This document shows, in pieces, positions 19,008 through 27,377 of a DNA stretch of 64,000 nucleotides; position 1 is the stretch's first letter, and every line of letters starts with the position of its first letter. Under the pieces are notes generated by a model. It had not been told where the DNA came from and made no database searches. It saw only the letters and a list, made by a program, of their open reading frames with translations. Source of the stretch: Actinomycetota bacterium (GTDB lineage: Bacteria; Actinomycetota; Acidimicrobiia; Spongiisociales; UBA4744); NCBI GenBank assembly GCA_013152275.1, contig JAADGS010000031.1, forward strand, positions 1 through 64,000, written 5' to 3'. Position numbers and translations under genes: made by a program.

Positions 19008-19646
19008 CTACTTCGAGACGGACAACAACGACCAGGCGATGAGCAATTGACCGGCGTAGTAGAGCGGTAGACCCCACACTCGATTGACGAAACCGGGGGC
19101 CACGAAGCGGTCACGGGCAACAGAGAGGTCCGAGAGGTAGAACGCAACGGTGCCGGCGAGGAGCATCGGCGTTGCCCCGGATGCCGTCGCGCCAACCGCC
19201 AGGACGAGCATGGTCGAGATCACGGCAATGTATGCGATGATCGGGCCGATCATCGCGGCCGGTAGGTGGGGGCGCAGCCAGACGAAGATCAACGCGGCGA
19301 CGACGAGGGCGACGCTGCCGGCGATGAGGGACACGCCGGAATCGACACCAAGCGTCGCGAAGGCGACGACATAGGCGATATGCCCCAGGAGGAACGCGCC
19401 GAGGCCGACGAGGAACGCCGTGTGTGATGCGCCGAGCAGCAGCACATCGCCCGATGCGCCGAGCATGAGTCCGAGAAAGATCCATGTTCCAACGTTCGTG
19501 TCGAGCGCACCCGCGCTCAGGGCGACCCCGACGAACCCGGCGGAGGCGACCGGTTTGGCGAGATTGCGAAGCGTGACGTTGCCGCGCTCACCGGAGAGCA
19601 GGACCGGCAAGGCCAAGACGGTCATGGCGGTGAATACCCAGGTCAT
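19008..19646 (-). CDS. YhhN/lysoplasmalogenase family membrane protein
   Basis: KPVAS, GDVLL, AFLLGHIAY, FYLSD, LYYAGQ; multiple TM segments. Confidence 0.88.
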   Translation of the reverse strand: MTWVFTAMTVLALPVLLSGERGNVTLRNLAKPVASAGFVGVALSAGALDTNVGTWIFLGLMLGASGDVLLLGASHTAFLVGLGAFLLGHIAYVVAFATLGVDSGVSLIAGSVALVVAALIFVWLRPHLPAAMIGPIIAYIAVISTMLVLAVGATASGATPMLLAGTVAFYLSDLSVARDRFVAPGFVNRVWGLPLYYAGQLLIAWSLLSVSK

Positions 19647-20800
19647 GACAGCATCTCGACGAGTAGGCCGGCGATGTCGGACCAATGTGGGCTCTGTTCA
19701 TCGATGAGGCTCGCGTGTCCGACGGACGCGAGCTCGAGGTACCGGACATCCTCTCCGGCCGCCCGAGCCGAATCGACGTAGCGGCGCCCGTAGTCGACCG
19801 GGACATCGTCGTCGTCGGTCCCGTGGACGACCAGCTGTCGAATTCCGAGGGGAAGCATGGCGGCAGGTGATGCCTGGGCCACGGCCGTCTGGGAGGTGGC
19901 ATCACCCATGAAGGTGGCGACCGCGCCGGACCCGAGCCCGTCTCGGAGAGCCGCAGCGAGGTCGGTGATGCCGGCCAGCGAGACGAGAAGTGCCGGCGTG
20001 ACCGCATCGGTCCGAGCGGAGGAGGCGAGCGCGAGATGACCGCCTGCCGAGTGACCGATGACGACGACCCGAGTTCGGTCGATGGCGGCATCGAGAAGCG
20101 CGACGTGATCGATCCCTCGTGCGACGTCGAGCACGGTCGCCGGCCATCCTCCCCCCTCACCGACTCTCCGATACTCGATGTTCCAGGTGGCGAATCCCCT
20201 CTTCGTGAGGTCGGCCGCCAAACCGTCCATGAGATCTCTGGTCCACTGCCGTCTCCAGAAACCGCCGTGTACCAGAACGGCGATCGGATGAGGTCCGGGC
20301 CCTTCGGGGAGCCGGAGGTCTCCGACCTGATCGGGACGCTCCCCATAGGCAAGGACCTTCGGCGGAACCCGGTGGGCGAAGACGAGGTGACGCAGCGCCC
20401 ACCGGTATCCCTGGATCCCGCGACCATAGATGGTTGCGGTGCAGGCGGGAGCCGTCACCGAGACGCTCCTCCACGGTTCCCGTTCCTTGATATTGGAGAT
20501 GTGGACTTCAACCGTCGGAATGCCGGCGGCTTCGATCGCGTCGTGGATCGCGTAGGACGTATGCGCGTAGGCGCCGGGGTTGAGGACGATGCCGTCGAAC
20601 ACCTCGCGTGCTTCGTGGAGACCGTCGATCAGAGCGCCTTCGTGGTTCGACTGGAAGGCTCGCACTTCGACTCCCAACTCGGTGCCCCAAGATCTGCAAA
20701 GGGCCTCGAGGTCGGCGAGCGTCGTCGTGCCGTAGATCTCAGGGCTCCGCGTACCGAGCAGGTTCAGGTTCGGTCCGTTGATCACCAGGATGTGTTGCAT
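19643..20800 (-). CDS. aroQ: Type II 3-dehydroquinate dehydratase fused to a C-terminal alpha/beta hydrolase
   Basis: NGPNLNLLG.R.PEIYG, QSNHEG, EVHISN; then HGGFW, GHSAGG, HGTDDDDVP, GH in the same frame. Confidence 0.9.
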   Translation of the reverse strand: MQHILVINGPNLNLLGTRSPEIYGTTTLADLEALCRSWGTELGVEVRAFQSNHEGALIDGLHEAREVFDGIVLNPGAYAHTSYAIHDAIEAAGIPTVEVHISNIKEREPWRSVSVTAPACTATIYGRGIQGYRWALRHLVFAHRVPPKVLAYGERPDQVGDLRLPEGPGPHPIAVLVHGGFWRRQWTRDLMDGLAADLTKRGFATWNIEYRRVGEGGGWPATVLDVARGIDHVALLDAAIDRTRVVVIGHSAGGHLALASSARTDAVTPALLVSLAGITDLAAALRDGLGSGAVATFMGDATSQTAVAQASPAAMLPLGIRQLVVHGTDDDDVPVDYGRRYVDSARAAGEDVRYLELASVGHASLIDEQSPHWSDIAGLLVEMLS

Positions 20801-20947
20801 GGGACAAGGCTATCGAGTTTGCCCGGGTGCCGTGGCGTTCAGGGACGCCCGACACGAAGACCTCGGTGTCGCGGTACAGCGAATCGACGTACCTCGTCTT
20901 GCCGGTCGACGCGCAGGATCGGTCTCGACAGGCACGGTGCGCGGGGT

Positions 20948-21253
20948 CTAGTCGGGCTTCCTTCTCGAGAACTTGGGAATGAGCACGATGACGGCAACTG
21001 CCACCGGCAGCAGCAGCGCCGCGAAGCGCGGTCGGTACAACAGCACAAGTCCCACGACGGCAAGGGGAACGGCGACTCTGGGACGAACCCGGCGCAGGTC
21101 GGGGAAGGCGAGCCAGACGGCGCCGAAGAGGATACCGACCCGGATCGCCATACCGCCGACGAGGCGGGTGGGTTCGTCCAGGGATGGTGAGAGCATCACG
21201 AGCGTTCCGACGACGAGGAGGGCTGCCACGATGGCGCCGAGGAAGGACCTCAT
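20948..21253 (-). CDS. Small integral membrane protein, hypothetical
   Basis: 3-4 hydrophobic segments; co-oriented with its neighbours. Confidence 0.65.
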   Translation of the reverse strand: MRSFLGAIVAALLVVGTLVMLSPSLDEPTRLVGGMAIRVGILFGAVWLAFPDLRRVRPRVAVPLAVVGLVLLYRPRFAALLLPVAVAVIVLIPKFSRRKPD

Positions 21254-21314
21254 GTGTCACGACTCGGCATAGAGGCGGATCGTACTCCCCATGTCGCGTG
21301 CTTCGAACTCACGG

Positions 21315-22067
21315 CTACGCGAGATGAGTCGGGCGGTGGATCGGCCCGAGTTCCGAGGCGAGAGCGAGAGTCGCTTCGTCCAACCCGGCAGGCTCGAGTG
21401 TGTAGCCGCCGGACCGGAACGCGTCGAGGATTGCCCGTCGGGCGTGCGCCGTCGTGACGCCCGGCGCGGCGGAACGCAGGTCTCCACTCGTCGCCGGATC
21501 CCATTCGATACCCAGGGCTTCGTACACGGGAATCAGCACATCCGCGACCCGGTCACCACCGGAGACGACGACGACCCCGCCGATGTGGGCCGCTCCCGAC
21601 ACGATTCGCTGGCCGACACCCATCACTTTTCGTACTCCACCGATGTTGACGCTGTGGGCTCCCGGGCAGTACTCGCCCGGCACTTCTCCGACACGAGCAT
21701 CTGTGCCGAGAGAGCGGAAGGCGTCGACCATGATGGTGCCGATCTCCTCGAAACGCTCATTGATGCCGACGCGAGGGTCGTCGACGGGGACCGTCCACGA
21801 GAAGGCGATCGTGCCGGAATGGAACACTGCGGCACGCCCTCCCGCGAGTCGCTCCACTGCACCGAATCCGCAAGCGAGGGCGGCATCGACGGCGCGCCGA
21901 TACCCGGGCTGGACGGCGTCTCTTCGACCGAAGGCCACGATGGAGCCCGGCTCGTACAGACGCAGGATCGCTTCTGTGTCTCCACGAGCGACCTGGAGGA
22001 GGAGGGCGTGGGAGATGGCGGTATCCAGTTCGGGAGGGTCGGGGAAACCGGCATCCAGGAACAACAT
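21315..22067 (-). CDS. Lipoate-protein ligase family protein (LipL-like)
   Basis: RLAGGRAAV, GEYCPG, RKVMGVGQR. Confidence 0.8.
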   Translation of the reverse strand: MLFLDAGFPDPPELDTAISHALLLQVARGDTEAILRLYEPGSIVAFGRRDAVQPGYRRAVDAALACGFGAVERLAGGRAAVFHSGTIAFSWTVPVDDPRVGINERFEEIGTIMVDAFRSLGTDARVGEVPGEYCPGAHSVNIGGVRKVMGVGQRIVSGAAHIGGVVVVSGGDRVADVLIPVYEALGIEWDPATSGDLRSAAPGVTTAHARRAILDAFRSGGYTLEPAGLDEATLALASELGPIHRPTHLA

Positions 22068-22147
22068 CGGTGCAGTATCCCAGATACTCGTTCTCCTAAC
22101 AGTTCTCGAACATCCGTTGTGCACAATGGATGCAGAAGGAGGTTGTG

Positions 22148-22975
22148 ATGCAACGTACAGCCAAGATTGCAGTCCTGGTCCTGGTCGTCGTGGGTCTTCT
22201 CGTCGGGGGCCTCACCGTGGCGGGAGCGACAGAGGGTGACCGCGCGACGGTCCCGCAGACCGGGATCGTGGCAGTGCTGCGACCGCTCATCGACGATGGG
22301 ACCATCACAGAGTCCCAGGCGGAGGCCGTCGCCGCGCGGCTCGGACCGATCGTCAGATCCGAGGGCATCCGTCGTGACGCGGAACGTTTCCGTGGACGGG
22401 CGATGGCTGTGGCGCGCCGCGTCGCCGACATGCTCGACATGACCGTGCCCGAACTCGGAAAGGAGCTCGAGGGCGGTGCGACGCTGGCACAGATCGCAGA
22501 GAGCCGAGGGTCGAGCGGTGGGGAGATCGTGAGCACGCTCGTGGGTGAGATCTCCCAACGTCTCGCCGACCAGGTCGCCGAGGGGCGAATCACGCAGGAA
22601 AGGGCCGATGAGGTGCTTGCCGGCGCGACCGGGCGTATCGCCGATCTCGTCGAATCTCCACATCCTGGGCGAGTGGCGTTCAGGGAACACCGCTCTCGCC
22701 TCGCCAGGCTGGGCGCGCTGCGCATCGGCGCGGACGTCTTGGACATGACTCCGCAAGAACTGAGAAGTGCGCTCCAGAGCGGTCAGAGTCTCGGCGAGAT
22801 CGCAGCGAGTAGAGGCGTCGACGAGGACGTGCTGGTCGATGCCCTGCTACGGCCGATACGCGAGCAGGTTGCCCTGGCCGTCGAACGCGGTCGCATCGAT
22901 GGAGACCGGGCGGGGAGGATACTCGACCAGGCGGCCGAGCGGGTCCGAAATCTGGTTGAAACCCGGCGCGGGTGA
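22148..22975 (+). CDS. Secreted helical protein with internal repeats, hypothetical
   Basis: AAGGAGG RBS, signal peptide, duplicated AD.LDMT..EL...L..G.(T/S)L..IA.SRG segment. Confidence 0.75.
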   Translation: MQRTAKIAVLVLVVVGLLVGGLTVAGATEGDRATVPQTGIVAVLRPLIDDGTITESQAEAVAARLGPIVRSEGIRRDAERFRGRAMAVARRVADMLDMTVPELGKELEGGATLAQIAESRGSSGGEIVSTLVGEISQRLADQVAEGRITQERADEVLAGATGRIADLVESPHPGRVAFREHRSRLARLGALRIGADVLDMTPQELRSALQSGQSLGEIAASRGVDEDVLVDALLRPIREQVALAVERGRIDGDRAGRILDQAAERVRNLVETRRG

Positions 22976-23193
22976 GCGCATCTCCGTGGCGGTTCATCGG
23001 GACTGCGGCAGATCCTGCGTGTGAAGTGCCGCCGTGGGCGAGAGCAACGGAAACCTCGGGTCGTAACCCTCGAAGTCGACGTGGACGATGGGAGTGCGGC
23101 GAGGACCTACCGGCGAGGGTCAAGTAGACTGAAGGGGCTCCGAGGGCGGGGGACCTGGGGTTGGGGCGTGGCTGGTGGGCCGAATGGAAACCG

Positions 23194-24459
23194 ATGCCTT
23201 CGTCGAACCGTCGAGAGCGACTCCTCAGGCGCTTTGAACGCAACTCCCGTGCAGGCGCGGAGGCGGGTGTGTTCCGCGTCCGTGTGGAGGATCGTGTCCT
23301 TACGGGAGACACGATCACCATCAATGGTCGCAGACTCCTCAACTTCGGCATGGCTTCGTACCTCGGCCTCAATCTGGACCCGCGGCTCAAGGCAGGTGCG
23401 ATCGACGCCATCTTGCGCTACGGTCCCGTCTATTCGTCGTCGACTGCTTTCACTTCGCTTCCTCTGTACACCGCGCTCGAAGAACGCCTGGAGCGCATGT
23501 TCGAGGGACACGTGGTCATCGCGCCGACCACGACGCTTGCCCATCTCGCTGCCCTTCCCCTGATCGTCACCGTCGGATCCGCCGTTCTGATCGATGCGCA
23601 GGCACACGAGTCCCTTCGCCTGGCCGCTCAGATCCTGCGCGCATCCGGATCGTCCGTCTCTGCAGTACCGCACAACGACATGGAGGCGCTTGCAGATGCC
23701 GTGAAGCGATCGTCGAGTCCTTCGGTGTGGTATCTGGCCGATGGTGTCTACTCGATGTTTGGAGATCTTGCACCGCTCCACGAGATCTCTGCGCTCATGG
23801 ATCGGTTTCCGAACCTGCACGTGTACCTCGACGATGCGCACGGTTTCGGGTGGGCGGGTACACACGGTCGGGGGTACGTGCTGGCCAACGTACCGATCCG
23901 TGAGCGCATGGTGGTCGCCGGGTCGCTCTCGAAGTCGATCGGCGCGGGTGGTGGAGCGCTCGTCTTCGCGGATGAGAGCACCGCCAGACGTGTGCGAACA
24001 CTCGGCGGGACGATGACATTCTCCGGTCCGCTCCATCCTGCCGAGCTCGGCGCCGCGCTCGCCTCGGTGGACATTCACCTCTCCGGCGAGCATGCCGTGT
24101 TGCAGTCCCGGCTCCTGGCACAGATCGAGTTGACCCGTGGCCTCCTCGTCGAACGGGGACTTCCCGTCGTCGGAGTGGCCGACTCGCCCGTGTGGTTCAT
24201 CCGCATCGGTACCTCCGGTGACACGATCGAGGTGGCGAAACGCCTGCAATCGGATGGTTTCTACGTGAATCCTTCCGGATACCCTGCAGTGCCGGTCGGC
24301 TACGCGGGAGTGCGACTCACCAACACCTTGTATCTCCCGGACGACGCCTATGTCGCGCTCGCCGATGCGCTCGCGAGGCGTGTCCGGGAGGTCTTGGGCG
24401 ACGTGGAGATCGAGATCGATCTGACAGAGGAGATATCACCGCGCGTTGATCCGCTTTAG
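23194..24459 (+). CDS. PLP-dependent alpha-oxoamine synthase family protein (AONS/KBL/SPT/CqsA-like)
   Basis: SYLGL, AHES, DGVYSM.GD, DDAHGFG, SLSK (PLP lysine), FSGP. Confidence 0.85.
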   Translation: MPSSNRRERLLRRFERNSRAGAEAGVFRVRVEDRVLTGDTITINGRRLLNFGMASYLGLNLDPRLKAGAIDAILRYGPVYSSSTAFTSLPLYTALEERLERMFEGHVVIAPTTTLAHLAALPLIVTVGSAVLIDAQAHESLRLAAQILRASGSSVSAVPHNDMEALADAVKRSSSPSVWYLADGVYSMFGDLAPLHEISALMDRFPNLHVYLDDAHGFGWAGTHGRGYVLANVPIRERMVVAGSLSKSIGAGGGALVFADESTARRVRTLGGTMTFSGPLHPAELGAALASVDIHLSGEHAVLQSRLLAQIELTRGLLVERGLPVVGVADSPVWFIRIGTSGDTIEVAKRLQSDGFYVNPSGYPAVPVGYAGVRLTNTLYLPDDAYVALADALARRVREVLGDVEIEIDLTEEISPRVDPL

Positions 24460-24461
24460 GG

Positions 24462-26198
24462 GTGAAGGCCTTGTGCCGATACAGCGGCGTGCAACCGTTC
24501 CTCAACGTCTGGAAGCAACACCCAGTTTGGTTTCGGTGGATCGCAGCGATCGTGTTCGCGCTGCTGTTGGGGTTGGCCGTCGTCTCGGCCACGGTTCCTT
24601 CTGCAGAGGACACCGCCGGGCCCATCGGTCTCTTTCTCGGCAGTGTTTCCGCAGGCGTCACCTTTGTCGTCGGAGCCCGGCGTCTCCACGGGAGAGAGCG
24701 TGTTTCGTGGACGTTCGTTGGTGTCGGCCTGCTCCTCATCGCGACCGGTGTCTTCGCGGTGGCACTCATCTCGTCATTCACGGAAATGGCGGCTTTTGGA
24801 CCGCCGGACCTCCTCTTTCTCAGCGGGTACGCGTTCGGGATCGTGGGATTCGCCCTCCTTCCCCAGGTCGCCTCCGACTGGTCGGAACGGCTACGGGTCC
24901 TACTCGACGGCCTCATCGGTGCGATCTCGATAGGTGTCATCGCCTGGCTTCTGATACTTGGTGACCTGCTCGGGAAGCTGCAGTCGCTGACGGCGTGGGA
25001 ACGGTGGGCCGGCTCCGCGTATCCGGTGCTGGATGCGATCGCGATGATCGTGATCATTCTGGTGTTCGTGCGCCGCAGCACGTACCGTTTCGACGCCCGG
25101 CTCCTGTTCGTCGGCGCGGCATTCATTGCCCAGATCGTGGCGGATCTCGCCTATCTGAAATCCGGTGTCGGGCACACGTTCACGGAGGCAAAGCCGATCT
25201 ACCCACTGAGCATCTCGGTGCTCATTCTCTTCTTCGCAGCTGCACTGATGGTCCGGTCTCGTCCGGAGCGTCGCGAATACGCGGATCGCAGGTCGTCGCT
25301 GCTCGTGCTGGCCACCCCCTACTCGCTCGCCGCGGCCATGACGACCTTCCTGATCGTGCGCATCGTCCAGGAGCGACTCGATACCGGCTTCTGGGCACTC
25401 CTGTGGGGAACGATCGCAGTCTCCGTGCTCGTCTTCGTCCGGCAAGGCGTTGCCATCCGTGAGAACAGAAGGCTCGTCGAGCGGCAGCGGGCTGCGCTCG
25501 TCTCGTCCATCTCCCATGAGTTGCGCACTCCGCTGACCGCCGTCGTCGGATTCCTGGATCTCGTGATCGATGAGGTGACTCCTCTCGACACGGAAGAACG
25601 GGACGAGCTCCTGTTGGTCGTACACCAACAGGCTCGGTACATGGCCCGGATCGTGTCCGATCTCATCTTGCTGGCCAGAGGCAATCTCGACAGTATCGAC
25701 ATCGCGCCGGCGAAGGTCTCTCTGAAGAGTCTCCTGAACTCCGCGATTGCGACGGTGGATTCCGGCGGGTCGTCCGTGACGGTCGAATCGGACGCGAACC
25801 TCGAGGTCTTTGTCGATTCGGAACGGTTGCAGCAACTCATCGTCAATCTCGTCTCGAATGCAATTCGTTATGGGAGAGGTCGCGTGAACGTCGTGGCGAA
25901 GGCGGCGGGCTCGGCGCTCGTCATCGAGGTCCACGACGATGGGCTCGGGGTGCCCAAGCGGCATGAATTGACCATCTGGGAGCGTTTCGAGAGAGGTGCT
26001 CATCGTCTCGACGGGACGCGGCCCGGATCGGGCATCGGGCTGGCGGTCGTGCGTGTCGTTGCCGAGGCGCACGGAGGGACTGCCGACTATCGACGTTCGG
26101 AACGTCTCGGCGGCTCGTGTTTCTTTGTGACCTTGCCGCGCAGGATCGTCGAAACCAGTCGAGAGAAGCTCGACGGTTCGGTTCGATCGGCGAGCTGA
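24462..26198 (+). CDS. Membrane sensor histidine kinase (~10 TM helices)
   Basis: SHELRTPL H-box, NLVSNAIRY, DDGLG, GSGIGL; long hydrophobic N-terminal half; start could be GTG 24489. Confidence 0.9.
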   Translation: MKALCRYSGVQPFLNVWKQHPVWFRWIAAIVFALLLGLAVVSATVPSAEDTAGPIGLFLGSVSAGVTFVVGARRLHGRERVSWTFVGVGLLLIATGVFAVALISSFTEMAAFGPPDLLFLSGYAFGIVGFALLPQVASDWSERLRVLLDGLIGAISIGVIAWLLILGDLLGKLQSLTAWERWAGSAYPVLDAIAMIVIILVFVRRSTYRFDARLLFVGAAFIAQIVADLAYLKSGVGHTFTEAKPIYPLSISVLILFFAAALMVRSRPERREYADRRSSLLVLATPYSLAAAMTTFLIVRIVQERLDTGFWALLWGTIAVSVLVFVRQGVAIRENRRLVERQRAALVSSISHELRTPLTAVVGFLDLVIDEVTPLDTEERDELLLVVHQQARYMARIVSDLILLARGNLDSIDIAPAKVSLKSLLNSAIATVDSGGSSVTVESDANLEVFVDSERLQQLIVNLVSNAIRYGRGRVNVVAKAAGSALVIEVHDDGLGVPKRHELTIWERFERGAHRLDGTRPGSGIGLAVVRVVAEAHGGTADYRRSERLGGSCFFVTLPRRIVETSREKLDGSVRSAS

Positions 26199-26560
26199 GT
26201 TCATGTCTGTCGGCGTGTATGCGGTTCGTCCGGCGGAGAGCGTCGGGGGAGGCGATGGGGAGGCGATCGGGGCGCGGATGGTCGGGACATCTCGACTCGC
26301 CTCGAACTCGTCGATCGGCACGACCCTGAGACGGGTTTCTCGACGGTGGAGCGGCTCGCCGGCCGGCGTGCGGCGACCATCGTCGGAGGCGGAGGTGCCC
26401 GTCGGTGTACGCCCCGTGCGGTGGGCGGTCTCTCCGCCATGCCTGGTCGAAGACGTGCGTGTCCGAGGATTCGATCTCCGTGAGAGTGCTTACGAGTAGG
26501 GGCTTTCGACCCTTTCGATTGGGACTTTTGCAGCTCGTGCCAGCTCATACAGCAAGGTAG

Positions 26561-26585
26561 TATGCAGGGTATGCAGAATATGCAG
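26561..26585 (+). promoter_or_regulatory. Three direct repeats TATGCAG at 9-bp period; putative operator
   Basis: TATGCAG at 26561, 26570 and 26579, just upstream of the HTH gene. Confidence 0.6.
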
Positions 26586-26611
26586 AGTGATGTACGAAAG
26601 GCAGGACGCGG

Positions 26612-27361
26612 TTGGCCGGCATGTTGACGTCCAAAGAGTTACAGGAGTTGCTCCAGGTGGATCGCTCGACGATCTACCGCATGGCCGAAGCCGGGTCGCT
26701 TCCTGCGGTCAAGGTGGGACGGCAGTGGCGGTTTCCCGAGGCAGCCATCGAACGCTGGCTCGCATCCGGACACGACGGGAGCGCCCCGTCGCGTGCAGCC
26801 GAGGCCGATGAGGGATTCGATCTGGCACCCACCTCATGTATCCAGCCGATCATCGACCTGCTCGCCGACATGCTGGGGGTGATGCTCGTCGTCACCGACA
26901 TGCAGGGCGTCCCGATCACCGACGTGTCCAACCCGTGCGGGCTGTTCAACGCCGTCGCACAGATACCCGGCGGAACCGCCGAATGTGTCGCGGGATGGCA
27001 GGATCTCGCCGGATCATCCGACCTCGAGCCTCGCTTCACCGGAAGCCATCTCGGCCTCATGTGTGCACGCTCATTCATTCGGGTGGGTACCGAACTGAAG
27101 GCGATGGTGATCGCGGGCGGTATCGCTCCAGGTGTCTGGCCGCCGAGTGACACGGAGTTGGAGTCGATGGCGCAGAGTTTCGGCGCGGATTCGGCGGACC
27201 TCGCCACCCACGTGGATGAGGTGTACGAGCTCGACGCGAACGCCCGGCAGAGAGTGTTGGAGGCACTGCCGCGTGTTGCGGCATTGATTTCCGAGATTAC
27301 GACGGAGTTCCGGTCGTTGCGAGGCAGGCTCGAGGCGATTGCCGCCCTCATCGAACGATAG
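26612..27361 (+). CDS. Excisionase/BldC-type HTH fused to a PocR ligand-binding domain
   Basis: LTSKELQELLQVDRSTIYRMAEAGSLPAVKVGRQWRF; VTDMQG.PIT..SNPCGLF, ECVAGW, HLGLMCA PocR-like segments; start may be ATG 26621. Confidence 0.8.
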   Translation: MAGMLTSKELQELLQVDRSTIYRMAEAGSLPAVKVGRQWRFPEAAIERWLASGHDGSAPSRAAEADEGFDLAPTSCIQPIIDLLADMLGVMLVVTDMQGVPITDVSNPCGLFNAVAQIPGGTAECVAGWQDLAGSSDLEPRFTGSHLGLMCARSFIRVGTELKAMVIAGGIAPGVWPPSDTELESMAQSFGADSADLATHVDEVYELDANARQRVLEALPRVAALISEITTEFRSLRGRLEAIAALIER

Positions 27362-27377
27362 ACAAGGAGCTGAGCGA

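Noticed and set aside
23194..24459. Calling this gene bioF or cqsA
   Set aside because: Family is clear but substrate specificity cannot be read by eye; no bio operon context
26201..26499. Short ORFs between the kinase and the HTH-PocR gene
   Set aside because: Low-complexity translations with no receiver-domain or other motif
26612..26780. Excisionase as evidence of a prophage or ICE
   Set aside because: The HTH is fused to a sensor domain; no integrase, att site or phage genes nearby
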